A stretch of 63,995 bases of DNA, filler included, from a bacterium (GCA_037439705.1; 7 parts of 7 records of this genome joined end to end with filler, not necessarily neighbours in it), one strand, 5' to 3'. Positions 38,981 through 50,739 are shown, counted from the whole stretch's first letter. The notes: generated from the sequence alone by a model not told the origin. A program made the numbers and translations.

Positions 38981-40239
38981 TTGAGAGTCCATGAACTGGC
39001 AAAAAAATTAGGCATTTCTTCCAAAGACTTGCTCCTTATACTGGCAGAATGCGGAATTCATAAAAAAACATCTTCCAACAATATTGAAAAAGAAGAATTA
39101 GAAAGGTTACAGGAAAATAGACCTGATTTATTCAAAACCGAGGAGAAATCTATCGAAGTTCAGGTTCCGGAAGAAACAAAGGTATTCAGGGTAATAAAAA
39201 GGGAAGAAAAAAAGAAAGAAGAAGTCAAAATTGAAGAAGAGATTTCTGAACAAAAGGAGGAAGTTGAACCTGTTGAAACAATGGAAAGGGGGGAAGAAAG
39301 GGAGGAAGTTGAAAAGGCAGAAGAAGAAAAAATAGAAAAAGTAGCAGCAGAAGAAAGGGAATTTTACGAAGAAATACAAGAGGAAGTTAAGGAGGAAAAA
39401 CCTGTCATCCATTCGGAGGAGTTTGAGGAACAATTTAAAGAAAAAGAAATAAAAATACTTAGAAGGGAAGAGATAAAACAAAAAATAAAGACACTTGAAG
39501 AAGAACTCAAGAAGAAAAAAGGAATAAAGCGTCCAGAAAAAAAGAAGAGAGAAGTGTTCACAATGGAAGAACTTTATGATGAAATAGAACTGAAGCACAG
39601 AATTGAAATCCAGAAAAAGAAAAAAATAAAAAAGGAAGTAAAACCTCCACCGGTTGTTCAAAAAAAACCTGAAAAGAGGATAATAAAGGTTGAAGAAGGG
39701 CAAAAAATTACTGCCCTGGATTTGTCCAGGTTTATGGGGGTTAAGGTTGAAGAAATCATCAGGAAAATTGAAAATCTTGGAGTTAAAGCAAAAAGGAATG
39801 ACCCCCTTGATATGGATGCTGCTTCTGTGGTAGCAGGAGAGTATGGATACGAACTCCAGGTCATTGAATTTAGAGAGGAAGATTATATAGATAAGGAAAC
39901 ATCTGCTGGCAGGTTGGAACCAAGGGCTCCGGTTATAACCGTAATGGGGCATGTAGACCATGGAAAAACTTCATTGCTGGAGAGTATTTGAAAAACAAAT
40001 GTAGCAGATAAAGAAACAGGTGGAATAACCCAAAGCATAGGTGCATCAACTGTTATCATTAACGGCAGAAAGATTGTGTTTATAGATACGCCGGGACACG
40101 AGGCTTTTACCGCTATGCGTGCAAGAGGAGCAATGGCTACAGATATTGTTGTCATCGTTGTGGCATATGATGATGGAGTTATGCATCAGAAAATAGAAGC
40201 TATTAACCATGCAAAATCAGCGAATGTCCCTATTATCGT
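38981..40239 (+). CDS. infB: Translation initiation factor IF-2 (in-frame TGA at 39989-39991; 3' truncated)
   Basis: [27 protein letters not shown]; same frame continues [30 protein letters not shown]. Confidence 0.96.
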
Positions 40240-40339
40240 NNNNNNNNNNNNNNNNNNNNNNNNNNNNNNNNNNNNNNNNNNNNTTAATTAATTAANNNNN
40301 NNNNNNNNNNNNNNNNNNNNNNNNNNNNNNNNNNNNNNN
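40240..40339. other. Artificial contig-joining spacer
   Basis: N-TTAATTAATTAA-N, 100 nt. Confidence 0.98.
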
Positions 40340-41446
40340 CTGCAATTTTCCCCTTTCTATAGCAATTCTCATCAGTTTCTCCATGCCGTGTTCTGGAAGT
40401 ATTACTTTTTCTTTTCTCTCCTCAAGATGAAGCGCTCCTTTATTGCATGCGCGATAGCATGTACCACATCCAAGACATATCTCTTCATCTATGTGTGCCT
40501 TTAATTCACCTGGTTTGAGGGTTGGTTTCAAACTTATAGCATTCAGCTGACACCTCCTCGCACACCTTCCGCATCCAACGCATTTTTCAGCTTTCACACT
40601 CATTATGAACCTTGTTGACATCGCCACAGGATAGAATCCGTGGTCGTGATATGACATCAGAATCCCACAGCAACATTTACAACAGTGACATATAAATGTG
40701 ATATTCTTCTTTACATTGTCTCCAATGTGCATAACTCCTTTCTCGCTCAATTCATCCAGAACTTCCAGTGCTTTCTGCTTATCTACCTCCCTTCCTATAT
40801 TATGATTGATAACATATTCCGCTGCTATATTAAGTGCGGTACAGACATCCATCGGATACTGGCACTCCCTTCCCAGATGCCTCTCCTTATGCCTACAGTA
40901 GCACAGAATAAATGCTATTTTTTTCGCATCCTTTATCACATCCCTTGCAACTTCATAAGGCATAACATCAGCCCTTTCATCTGCTATTTTATTGTCAAGA
41001 AGCGCCCGTCCGAACTGGGTTTCTCCGTCAAATACTTTTCCTATAAATCCCTTGTCCTTCATAGCCTCAGACAAAACCTTCGCCACTTCCTTTTGAGGAA
41101 TATCCTCCCTCAATTTCGCCAGCGTCATTTCTATAAACCCTGGGACTGACCACATTGGCATATAATAGACCTTGCCATTTCGCTCAATATCTATAACTAT
41201 TCCCTTTTCTGCCATTCTGTTAAGAGTTTCCTTCAACTCTTCCTCATCAATTTTCATAATACCTGCAAGCCTTTTCAGTGTAGTAGGCTGTAAAGGCATT
41301 TTGGAAACTATCTCCGCTTCCTCGGGAGTGTAAAGCATCATTATCAACCCGAGAGCTGTATCTGTATCAGGATACCCAATCGGATAAGAATCCACCTTCT
41401 TGATGAGCATTCTGTAAATCTCTTTTGTCCTCGTTAAATGAGCCAT
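40340..41446 (-). CDS. Multi-[4Fe-4S] protein with winged-helix N-terminus (3' truncated)
   Basis: CYCR; ICHCCKCCCG; two ferredoxin motifs CVGCGRCARRC and CLGCGTCYRAC. Confidence 0.85.
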
Positions 41447-41506
41447 GAGTACCTCCTTTTTAAAAAATCGTATTCTCCTTCATCAATATTAAGGGATTTA
41501 AACTTA

Positions 41507-43861
41507 TTATTTTAATAAGCCCTCCTCTCCTTTAAAAGCAAATTTTACAGCCTCTTCCAGTGTGTTCACAAAGTGGAACTGAAGTCCCTCTTTCCCATCA
41601 ACTGGAATTTCTTCCATATCCTTACTGTTTTTCTCGGGAAGTATGACCTCCTTTATTCCTGCTCTTTTTGCAGCAAGGACTTTCTCTTTTATCCCGCCCA
41701 CAGGAAGAACTGCTCCCCTTAGGGTAATCTCGCCTGTCATTGCCACATCGCTCTTTACAGGAATGTTTTTGAAAAGTGAAACAAGGGAAACGAGAATAGC
41801 AATTCCAGCAGATGGACCATCTTTTGGAATGGCACCCGCTGGAACATGTATGTGAATGTCCACATTTTCAAATATAGATTCGTCAATGTTCAACTTACTT
41901 GCATTTGCTTTAACATAACTTAAAGCAGCCTGTGCGGACTCTTTCATTACATCCCCGAGATGCCCTGTAAGAATGATATTTCCCTTTCCTTTCATCTTTG
42001 TGGATTCTACGAAAAGTATATCACCTCCGGTTGGTGTCCAGGCAAGTCCCGTAGCAACTCCAGGTTTTTGAGTTCTTTCTGCCACCTCCTTAAAGAACTG
42101 TTCCGCTCCCAATATCTCCCTCACCTTTTCAGGGGTTATAACCTTCTTTGAAACATCACCACTCGCCACATTTTTTGCAACCCATCTCATAATGTTTGCA
42201 ATTTCCCTCTGAAGATTTCTAACCCCCGCCTCTCTTGTATAGTACTCAATAACATCCTCAACTGCTTTTTGTGTAAACTCCACATGATCCAGTGTAAGCC
42301 CGTGTCCGCTCAACTGCTGGGGAATGATATGATTGAAAGCTATGTGAACCTTTTCGTTAAGCGTATACCCTGGTAGTTCAATAACCTCCATTCTATCTCT
42401 CAGCGCTGGAGGAACTGTATCAAGGATATTTGCAGTAGTAATAAAGAAAACCTTTGAAAGGTCAAAAGGCACTTCAAGATAATGGTCAGAAAAAGAGTGG
42501 TTCTGTTCGGGATCAAGGACTTCAAGAAGAGCAGAAGCAGGGTCTCCCCTGAAATCTATTCCTATTTTATCCACTTCATCAAGCATAAAAACTGGATTAT
42601 TCGTCCCAGCTTTCTTTATTCCCTGTATAATCCTCCCTGGAAGGGCACCAACATAGGTTCTCCTGTGCCCTCTTATTTCAGCTTCATCCCTTATACCACC
42701 AAGAGACATTCTCACAAATTTCCTTCCGAGAGCCCTTGCGATAGATTTACCAAGAGATGTCTTTCCCACTCCCGGAGGACCAACAAAACATAAAATTGGT
42801 CCTTTCATATCTTTTTTGAGCTTTTTTACTGCAAGGTATTCAAGTATCCTCTTTTTAACTTTATCAAGGTCATAGTGGTCTTCATCAAGAATTCTTCTCG
42901 CCTTCTCAAGGTCTATCTCATCCTCCGTAGATTTCGACCATGGAAGCTCAATGAGCCAGTCAAGATAAGTCCTTGAAACTATATATTCCGGAGACTGGGT
43001 GGGAATTTTCTCGAGCCTCTGGAGCTCTTTCAAAGCAACTTTTTCAACATGAGGAGGCATACCCGCCTCTTTCACCGCCTTTTCAAGTTCTTCTATCTCT
43101 CCTGCTTTTTCATCGTATTCTCCAAGCTCCTTTTTTATAGCCTTCAATTGCTCTCTCAGATAGTATTCCCTCTGTGTCTTATCTATCTCCTCCTTAACAT
43201 TTGACTGAATCTCTTTGCTTATCTTCAATATCTCATATTCCTTGTTCAGATGTTTTAGAACAAGTTTCATTCTTTCCTTTAAGTCCATCTTTGCGAGAAC
43301 CTCTATTTTTTCCTCCACGCTAATTCTAAGATTCGCTGCAATCATGTCGGTAAGGAGGAGAGGATTTTCAACACCCTGTATCACACTTCCTGCCTCAGAT
43401 GGGATATTGGGAGCAAGTTCAATAACCTTCATGGTCAAATCTTTTATGTTTATTTTTAAAGCCTCTATTACGGGGTCTGAAGGGTCATACTCCTCCTTCA
43501 CATATTCCAGTTCAGCTGTTAAATAAGGAGTCGTCTGAACTAATTTTTTAAGTTTTATTCTGTATAGCCCTTGAACAACTATATTTTGAGTCCCATCCCC
43601 CATTTTTAGAAATCTAAGGATTTTTGCTGAAACCCCCCATTCGTAAAGGTCATTTATATTAGGAACTTCAATATTGGGGTTCTTCTGGGTAAACAGGGCT
43701 ATAAGTTTATTACCGGAAACAGCTGTCTCAACTGCTTTTTTTGACATCTCCCGTCCAACGGAAAGAGGCACGGGAAATGCTGGAAAAACCACAAGATTCC
43801 TTAAGGAAAGAACGGGCAACTGACTGGGCTGAAGTTCTTCTGTCTTTTTTTCCTCTTTCAT
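41507..43861 (-). CDS. lon: ATP-dependent protease La
   Basis: LonN domain; GPPGVGKTS; RGHRRTY; PKDGPSAG; GGIKEK. Confidence 0.98.
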   Translation of the reverse strand: MKEEKKTEELQPSQLPVLSLRNLVVFPAFPVPLSVGREMSKKAVETAVSGNKLIALFTQKNPNIEVPNINDLYEWGVSAKILRFLKMGDGTQNIVVQGLYRIKLKKLVQTTPYLTAELEYVKEEYDPSDPVIEALKINIKDLTMKVIELAPNIPSEAGSVIQGVENPLLLTDMIAANLRISVEEKIEVLAKMDLKERMKLVLKHLNKEYEILKISKEIQSNVKEEIDKTQREYYLREQLKAIKKELGEYDEKAGEIEELEKAVKEAGMPPHVEKVALKELQRLEKIPTQSPEYIVSRTYLDWLIELPWSKSTEDEIDLEKARRILDEDHYDLDKVKKRILEYLAVKKLKKDMKGPILCFVGPPGVGKTSLGKSIARALGRKFVRMSLGGIRDEAEIRGHRRTYVGALPGRIIQGIKKAGTNNPVFMLDEVDKIGIDFRGDPASALLEVLDPEQNHSFSDHYLEVPFDLSKVFFITTANILDTVPPALRDRMEVIELPGYTLNEKVHIAFNHIIPQQLSGHGLTLDHVEFTQKAVEDVIEYYTREAGVRNLQREIANIMRWVAKNVASGDVSKKVITPEKVREILGAEQFFKEVAERTQKPGVATGLAWTPTGGDILFVESTKMKGKGNIILTGHLGDVMKESAQAALSYVKANASKLNIDESIFENVDIHIHVPAGAIPKDGPSAGIAILVSLVSLFKNIPVKSDVAMTGEITLRGAVLPVGGIKEKVLAAKRAGIKEVILPEKNSKDMEEIPVDGKEGLQFHFVNTLEEAVKFAFKGEEGLLK

Positions 43862-43966
43862 CTTTTATAATTTAATCAGATTCTATTTAAAGGTCAAACT
43901 TTTTTAAATTCAAAGCAAAATCTCAAATACTTGGAAGTTTTATATAAAATTGGATATAATGTATAA

Positions 43967-44833
43967 ATGCGATTTTGGATTATAATAGCACTCTTTACCG
44001 AAAATCCCCTCATCCATTCATCATATAGCAATGAGCTTCATATCATCTATTCAGCCTTTGATATAAATAATGAAAACAAACTGAAAATTGAACTCGGCTT
44101 TTTCAGAGGCGAATTTCTCTCTTTTTCTCTTGGTGCCCTACTTTTAGGAATTCTTCCGATAAATGAAAAACCCGATTATGAAGTGAATCCCGTGTGGAGT
44201 GGAAATTATCCTGTTGAGAATACAACATATATCTTCGGAGACAGTGGATATATAAAAATAGAAAATGATATTCTCTACACTCAACTGCAAACAAAAAATT
44301 ATTCTTTAAGTGCAACACATTATATAGAATCCGAATGTGCGTTAAGTTTCCCATCTTCCAATGCTGAAAATGCCATTTTTATTCCCAATCTCCGCTCAGA
44401 AGGCAGGCTAAAAATGCAGGGTTTTGAAATCCTTTTAAAAGGCTATTCATTTTACTGGGGACTCTGGGGAAATAGAAGATTAAAACTGAACGACCATGCA
44501 GTATTCTGTGTAGAGAATGAATGTGTATTCCTTGAATTTGACATTAAGAAAAAAATGGCAAAAATTTCTTTCTGCCCGCAAAAGAAAGAGATAGAAAATG
44601 AGTTTTCAATAATAAATCTTTCCAAAGGGAGTGCCACAGGAAGAACATACCCTGCCAATATAGAAATTGGAAAAGGAAAAATAAAAATAAATGTTGACTC
44701 CATGAAAAACGAAGCCAAACTTCTAACCTTTTCCTACCTTATAAGTTCCATAACCGTTGAAAAGGACTCAAAAACAGGAACTGGATTTATATTCTTTCAC
44801 CCGGTTGAGGAAAAGAAAAAATGGGAATTCTGA
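43967..44833 (+). CDS. Hypothetical exported beta-rich protein (weakly AttH/lipocalin-like)
   Basis: Long ORF with upstream TATAAT; GSATGRTYP resembles the S..TG..YP motif of AttH/CrtC-like proteins. Confidence 0.45.
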   Translation: MRFWIIIALFTENPLIHSSYSNELHIIYSAFDINNENKLKIELGFFRGEFLSFSLGALLLGILPINEKPDYEVNPVWSGNYPVENTTYIFGDSGYIKIENDILYTQLQTKNYSLSATHYIESECALSFPSSNAENAIFIPNLRSEGRLKMQGFEILLKGYSFYWGLWGNRRLKLNDHAVFCVENECVFLEFDIKKKMAKISFCPQKKEIENEFSIINLSKGSATGRTYPANIEIGKGKIKINVDSMKNEAKLLTFSYLISSITVEKDSKTGTGFIFFHPVEEKKKWEF

Positions 44834-44926
44834 AGGGTAAATTTAAAAATCAAGAAAATTTCATTGAAAATCTTGAAGAGTATTTCTGAATTTTGTATAT
44901 TTCTCAAAAATATAAGGAGGTAAAAG

Positions 44927-45649
44927 TTGTCTTATATAACCATTAAAGAACTGTTAGAAGCAGGAGTTCATTTTGGACACCAAACCTCAAAATGGAATCC
45001 AAGAATGAAACCATATATTTTTGACAAAAGAGAAGGCGTCCACATTATTGACCTTGAAAAAACCGTTCCACTCTTTGACCAGGCTTACACCTTCATTGTA
45101 GAGGTCGTATCAAAAGGTGGAAAGGTGTTGTTCGTGGGAACCAAGAAACAGGCAGAAGCTGCTATAAAAGAAGAAGCTGAGAGATGTGGAATGTTCTATG
45201 TAAACACGAGATGGTTGGGAGGGACTCTAACAAATTTCAACACAATCAAAAAGAGTATTGAAAAACTTGAGGAATTAGAACAAAAAGAAAGTGAGGGCCA
45301 CTTTGAAAAACTTCCCAAGAAGGAGGCAGCAAGGTTAAAAAGAAAACTACAGAAATTGAAAAAATATCTTGGAGGATTAAAGGGAATGAGAAGGCTACCT
45401 GATGTCCTATTTGTCATTGATGTAAAAAAAGAGGAAATTGCTGTGAAAGAGGCTAAAAAGATTGGCATTCCTGTGGTAGCGGTGGTGGATACAAACAGCT
45501 CACCTGATTTAGTAGATTATGTCATCCCCGGAAACGATGACGCCATAAAGGCATGCAAACTCTTCATCTCAAAAATAGCAGATGCGTGTATTCAGGGGAG
45601 AAAAATATATGAAGAAAGTTTAAAGGAAGGAACTCAAAATGAAGGTTGA
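44927..45649 (+). CDS. rpsB: 30S ribosomal protein S2
   Basis: [31 protein letters not shown]. Confidence 0.98.
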   Translation: MSYITIKELLEAGVHFGHQTSKWNPRMKPYIFDKREGVHIIDLEKTVPLFDQAYTFIVEVVSKGGKVLFVGTKKQAEAAIKEEAERCGMFYVNTRWLGGTLTNFNTIKKSIEKLEELEQKESEGHFEKLPKKEAARLKRKLQKLKKYLGGLKGMRRLPDVLFVIDVKKEEIAVKEAKKIGIPVVAVVDTNSSPDLVDYVIPGNDDAIKACKLFISKIADACIQGRKIYEESLKEGTQNEG

Positions 45650-46208
45650 GGATGTAAAAAAACTCAGAGAGGAAACAGGCGCGGGAATAATGGATTGCAG
45701 AAAGGCACTTGAAGAAAGTAATGGAGATTTTGAAAAAGCAAAAGAACTGCTCTTCAAGAAGGGAATTGCAAAAGCTGAAAAAAAGGCTCAGAGGGCAACA
45801 AAGGAGGGACTAATTGATGCATATATTCATCTTGGAGGAAGGATTGGAACTCTTATTGAAGTTCAGTGTGAAACTGATTTTGTAGCAAGAACAGATGATT
45901 TCAGAAAACTTGTTAAGGAACTTCTCCTCCAGATCACAGCAATGGCTCCAAAATTCATATCAAAGGAGGATATACCGGAGGAAATTTTAAAAGAAGAAAA
46001 AGAAAGAATAAAAATGGAAACTGGAATGGAAAATGAAGAAAAAATAAATGAGTATCTGGAAAAATTTTATTCGGAAAATTGCCTTCTTGAACAACCTTTT
46101 ATCAAGAATGAAACAATAAAGGTGAAAGACCTTATAGCAAGTGTTATTGCGAAAACAGGAGAAAATGTAAAAGTAAGGAGGTTCGTAAGGTTTGAACTTT
46201 CCGAGTAA
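45639..46208 (+). CDS. tsf: Elongation factor Ts (short form)
   Basis: [32 protein letters not shown]. Confidence 0.97.
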   Translation: MKVEDVKKLREETGAGIMDCRKALEESNGDFEKAKELLFKKGIAKAEKKAQRATKEGLIDAYIHLGGRIGTLIEVQCETDFVARTDDFRKLVKELLLQITAMAPKFISKEDIPEEILKEEKERIKMETGMENEEKINEYLEKFYSENCLLEQPFIKNETIKVKDLIASVIAKTGENVKVRRFVRFELSE

Positions 46209-46914
46209 ATCTATTTATAAACGAGTTCTTCTTAAATTGAGCGGTGAGGTTCTTGGAGGAGAAAAAGGAACGGGTATTGATTTCAAAGAAGTGAGAAGAA
46301 TATGTGAAGAAATAAAAGAAGTCCACAATATGGAGGTAGAAATAGGAATAGTAGTTGGAGGAGGAAATATATTCAGAGGAGCGGAAAACGAAGAGGGTGA
46401 GATTGATAGGGTAACGGGTGATTATATGGGCATGCTCGGTACAGTAATAAACAGTCTTGCCATTCAAAGTGTGCTGGAAAATATGGGAGTTCAGACAAGA
46501 GTTTTAAGCGCAATAGAAATGAAAGCACTTGCAGAACCATACATAAGAAGAAGAGCAATAAGACATATGGAAAAGGGAAGAATTGTAGTTTTTGCAGGAG
46601 GAACAGGAAGTCCTTACTTCAGCACAGACACAGCCTCTTCTCTGAGAGCAGTGGAAACAAACGCTGAAGTAATTTTGAAGGGAACAAAGGTAGATGGAGT
46701 TTTTGATGCTGACCCTTTTAAAGTAAAATCTGCAAAAATGTTTCCTTACATAACATACATGGAAGCTCTACAGAGAAACCTGAAAATAATGGATTCCACA
46801 GCTTTTTCTATGTGCATGGACAACAAAATTCCGATAATTGTATTCAATATCACTGTTCCGGGGAATCTATTAAAAATTATGCGTGGCGAAAAAATAGGAA
46901 CGATTGTAAAATAA
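46192..46914 (+). CDS. pyrH: Uridylate kinase
   Basis: [37 protein letters not shown]. Confidence 0.97.
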   Translation: MNFPSKSIYKRVLLKLSGEVLGGEKGTGIDFKEVRRICEEIKEVHNMEVEIGIVVGGGNIFRGAENEEGEIDRVTGDYMGMLGTVINSLAIQSVLENMGVQTRVLSAIEMKALAEPYIRRRAIRHMEKGRIVVFAGGTGSPYFSTDTASSLRAVETNAEVILKGTKVDGVFDADPFKVKSAKMFPYITYMEALQRNLKIMDSTAFSMCMDNKIPIIVFNITVPGNLLKIMRGEKIGTIVK

Positions 46915-46931
46915 AAAGAGGAGGTGAAACG

Positions 46932-47495
46932 ATGGACACAAAAGAAAACCTCCTGAAGGCTGTTGAAGAAAAAATGAAAAAAACACTGGAAAATATGAAA
47001 AAAGAGTTCCTGAAAATAAGAACGGGTAGAGCATCCTCTTCTTTAATAGAGGATATAAAAATTAATGCGTATGATACAAAGATGCCGTTAAATCAATTGT
47101 CCACAATTACTGTCCCTGAAAGCAATCTGATAATAGTTCAGGTATGGGATAAATCCCTCGTTCAAACAATTGATAAGGCAATAAGAGAAGCAGGACTGGG
47201 ACTTAATCCCATGGTTGAAGGAAACATCCTGAAAATCCCAGTGCCTACCCTTTCTGAAGAAAGAAGAAAAGAAATCGTTAAGGCTTTAAAAAAAAGGACT
47301 GAGGAATTTCGTGTAACAATAAGGAATATAAGAAGGGACTATAATGAAACCATTAAAAATATGCAAAAAAACGGTGAAATTTCGGAAGATGAAATGCACA
47401 AATTGCTTCAGAAAGTTCAGGAACTAACTGATAAGCACATAAAGGAAATTGATGATATATTTTCAAAAAAAGAAAAGGAAATAATGACAGTTTGA
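46932..47495 (+). CDS. frr: Ribosome recycling factor
   Basis: RBS GAGGAGGT + ATG 46932; IRTGRA; LSEERRKE; IRNIRR; KEKEIM. Confidence 0.97.
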   Translation: MDTKENLLKAVEEKMKKTLENMKKEFLKIRTGRASSSLIEDIKINAYDTKMPLNQLSTITVPESNLIIVQVWDKSLVQTIDKAIREAGLGLNPMVEGNILKIPVPTLSEERRKEIVKALKKRTEEFRVTIRNIRRDYNETIKNMQKNGEISEDEMHKLLQKVQELTDKHIKEIDDIFSKKEKEIMTV

Positions 47496-47519
47496 AGTCT
47501 GAAATTTTTTGTATATAAT
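47492..47519 (+). promoter_or_regulatory. Putative sigma70 promoter of the AAA-PilZ operon
   Basis: TTGAAG-N16-TATAAT, 9 nt before ATG 47529. Confidence 0.5.
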
Positions 47520-47528
47520 AAAATGTAG

Positions 47529-48935
47529 ATGAAAGATAAAGGTTTGAAAAAACGGGGACTGGAGTATAAATACTGGAAAAAATGGTTTACCCTGATTGAC
47601 CTCCTTTATAAAAAAAGGGATTTAAAATTCAGGAAAGATTCTAATCCAGTTCTGGCAAGGGAAGAATTGAGAGATACCGACTTTTTTACGAAAATAGAAG
47701 AAGAAATAAAAAATACTTATAGAGAAATAGAAAATATAGAAAAGGAGGCTAAAAATAAAGGAATAAAATTGAGGCAACTCAACTTTAAGAAAAAATACCA
47801 TCTTTCAATGGAAGAAACTCTTTTGCTTATAGCTCTCCTCAAAAACGAACTTGAAGGCGGGATGAAACGAACAAACAGAGGCGTTCACCTCCTTGAGCTT
47901 ATAACGGAAGACGAAACAGAAAAACTGGAAAAACTTTCATTTTTTTCTGCAAACGGAAATCTCATCAAAAAAAAATTGATAGTACAGGAATTCTGGGTTT
48001 CTCCCCTCAAAACAGATTAATCACTTACAGAAAAAGCAATTTTTGAACTTCTGGGATGGAAGGGAGCAAAAGAAAGGGACTGGATAGAATGGACAGATGA
48101 AAATTATTATGAAACTCCCCCTAATTATCTCATCACCTTTTTCAAACCCGACCTCCGCCTTAAAGATGTAGTCCTTTCTCCTGAGCTTTTGGAAAGCATA
48201 ACAGATGTAATTGCTCAGATCAAAGGGCATAAACTTATCTTTGAAAAATGGGGGTTTGGCAAAACTATAAATTATGGAACAGGAACCACAATGTTATTCT
48301 ACGGACCCCCTGGAACAGGAAAAACATTAACCGCACTTGCCATCGCTGGGGAATTGGGAAAAGAGATAGGCATTGTTCGGTATGAAAATCTTCAGGATTA
48401 CCTCGTTGGAATGACAGAAAAAAATATAGCACGCGTGTTTGAAGAAGCAGAAGAAAGAAAATGCATTCTTCTGTTTGACGAAGCAGATGCTCTATTTTCT
48501 GAAAGGTCTTTCAGAAACATGAAATATGACAACAGAGAGGTAAACATCCTCCTCCAGCACATTGAAAAATTCAATGGTGTTCTCATACTCACAACAAACT
48601 TTGCACCAATTCTTGACTGGGCACTGGAAAGAAGAATTTCCATCAAGGTCCGTTTCACACCACCATCATTCCCGGAAAGGGTTGAGATATTTAAAAAACT
48701 TATTCCACCTTCAGCGCCTGTTGAAGAAATAGATATAGAAAAACTCGCACAGTACGAATTAACCGGTGGACAGATAAAAAATGTCCTTCTCAATGCAGCA
48801 AGAAGGGCTGTAAAAATGATAGAAGTAAGGGGAAAGGAAGTGATTACCATGGAAGACATTGAAAAAGCCATAGAAAGGGAGTTAAAAAAGAAAGAAGAAA
48901 CAGAGAAAAAAATAGGTTTCGGAAAAATTCTATGA
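47529..48935 (+). CDS. AAA+ ATPase with N-terminal helical/winged-helix region (one gene with in-frame TAA at 48018-48020)
   Basis: ORFs 47529-48020 and 48189-48935 share a frame and the intervening sequence is open; GPPGTGKT; LFDEADALF; LTTN; LTGGQIKN. Confidence 0.85.
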
Positions 48936-49276
48936 AAGAGAAAGAAGAAAAAAGGGCAACCCAAAGATTTCACAAAACCTTAGAGGTAAAATATTTATCA
49001 GTTAAAGGGCTTATTTCTGACTGGACAATGAACATAAGTAAGGGGGGTATGTTTATTTCAACAAATGACCCACTTCCCGAAGGAACAAATTTAACCCTCA
49101 AACTAAAAATCCCTGGTTCAAATGAAGAAATTACCTTGGATGCTGAGGTGGTATGGAGAGTAAAACCCGAAGAGAGTAAAGGAACGCTTATACCTGGAAT
49201 GGGGCTCAAATTCAAAAATATAAGCGAGGAGGTTATAAAAAAGATAGAAAGGATAATTGCTGAAAAGGAGGGATAA
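48932..49276 (+). CDS. PilZ-domain protein (TIGR02266-like)
   Basis: RATQR and NISKGG c-di-GMP motifs; GMFI.T..PLP.GT; AEVVW; PGMGLKF. Confidence 0.9.
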   Translation: MKEKEEKRATQRFHKTLEVKYLSVKGLISDWTMNISKGGMFISTNDPLPEGTNLTLKLKIPGSNEEITLDAEVVWRVKPEESKGTLIPGMGLKFKNISEEVIKKIERIIAEKEG

Positions 49277-49278
49277 TT

Positions 49279-49629
49279 ATGGAAAGGAGAGGAGCACCAA
49301 GATTTCGGGTAAAAATTGCAGTGGACAAAATGGAGGAAACAGAGATTACACTAATTCTTGATAAAAACGGTGAATCCTACCTTTACGAAGAAGAAGGGGA
49401 TATAAGCGAAAAGGGGATATTTGTAGCCACCAAAACCCCTCTTCCTGTTGGCAAAATTGTTAATCTCAAATTTTCTTTTCCCGATGTAATTGAGCTCATA
49501 GAAGCGAAAGGAAGGGTTGTGTGGGCAGGAAAAGGTGCGGATAAAAAAATGGGGATGGGAATTGAAATTCTGGAGATGGACTCAAAGGGAAGAACTGAAT
49601 TGAAAAGGTGTATAAAAGGGGAAAGATAA
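49279..49629 (+). CDS. PilZ-domain protein
   Basis: RGAPR and DISEKG motifs; GRVVW; GMGIE. Confidence 0.88.
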   Translation: MERRGAPRFRVKIAVDKMEETEITLILDKNGESYLYEEEGDISEKGIFVATKTPLPVGKIVNLKFSFPDVIELIEAKGRVVWAGKGADKKMGMGIEILEMDSKGRTELKRCIKGER

Positions 49630-49879
49630 ATGGCAAAATATACGAGGGAAGAGGTTATAAAGGGTGTAAAGGAAGGTAAAAGTTTCAAGAACGATGATTT
49701 GAGAGGAATAAATCTCAGAGGCGCTGACCTGAGTGGAGGAGATTTCAGTGGAGCCAATTTTCGTTATACGGACTTGAGAGAAGCGATATTAAGAAATGCA
49801 GACTTAAGAGGTGCAAATCTGAGGCATGTGGTTCTAACCGGTGCAGACCTTACCAATGCTGATTTGAGCAATGCAGACC
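49630..49879 (+). CDS. Pentapeptide repeat protein (3' truncated)
   Basis: A[DN]L[RST]x repeats (ADLSG, ANFRY, ADLRG, ANLRH, ADLTN, ADLSN). Confidence 0.92.
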
Positions 49880-49979
49880 NNNNNNNNNNNNNNNNNNNNN
49901 NNNNNNNNNNNNNNNNNNNNNNNTTAATTAATTAANNNNNNNNNNNNNNNNNNNNNNNNNNNNNNNNNNNNNNNNNNNN
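49880..49979. other. Artificial contig-joining spacer
   Basis: N-TTAATTAATTAA-N, 100 nt. Confidence 0.98.
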
Positions 49980-50739
49980 ACTCAAGCCTGCCAAAATTTT
50001 CATCCATTATTTTTCTGATTTCTTTTACATCGTCTTTTAGGGAGTTTACATAAATTGATAGATAATGTGTCGAATAATCAAGTATTACCGGATCATCAAT
50101 TTCCCTTGCTATGTCTAAAAATGTTGATTTTAGCTTATCCTTAAATCCAAGCCAGTCAGCACATATATAGGCACTCATCAAAACAGCAAAAATTTCATTG
50201 GTTTTTGATGTCGTGTTCAGTTCTTCAATATATGTATTATAACATTCCTGAGCAATTTCTGGTATCATAGATGGTTCCAATTCCTTTGCCAAGAAAATTG
50301 CTTTAAGATACATACCATTCTCTTTCAGATGATTGATTGCTTGCCTATATTCACCCCTTCTTAAAAATTGCCTTGCTTCAAGAATGATGCGTATCCAATC
50401 AGGCATCTCCTCCTCTTTCTTTTGTTCTACCGAATTGTTTTGCTGGCTTTTTCCATATTCAATTTGCCCTTCCTGCTTACTTGCTTCCTTTTTCACAAAA
50501 TTGTTTTTCAAACTTTCAAAATCAGACCTTCCAATTTCTTTTTTCCGATTTCCATATTCGGTTGTAAAATTTGGCCTGCCTTGTTCTTTTGGCAAATTTC
50601 TGTATTTTGTGGGCAAGCTAATGTATATCAGCCCACCTATTATGGGAATCAGGAGGTATTTAATTTTTTTCAAAAATTCCAATTTTTCCCCTTCGCTGAA
50701 GAACCGGACTGAGTAGTATTTTCCCTTCTTTTTCTTCAC
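49980..50739 (-). CDS. Hypothetical single-pass membrane protein with helical/TPR-like domain (3' truncated)
   Basis: Long ORF; one TM segment YLLIPIIGGLIYISL; ARQFLRRGEYRQAI TPR-like helix. Confidence 0.6.

Noticed and set aside
39128-39961. 277-aa Phe-rich antisense ORF and the many other short opposite-strand ORFs in the track (e.g. 24650-25279, 48398-48973, 55011-55625, 63478-63915)
   Set aside because: Shadows of Lys/Glu-rich sense genes (GAA/AAA read as TTC/TTT); no independent motifs or RBS.
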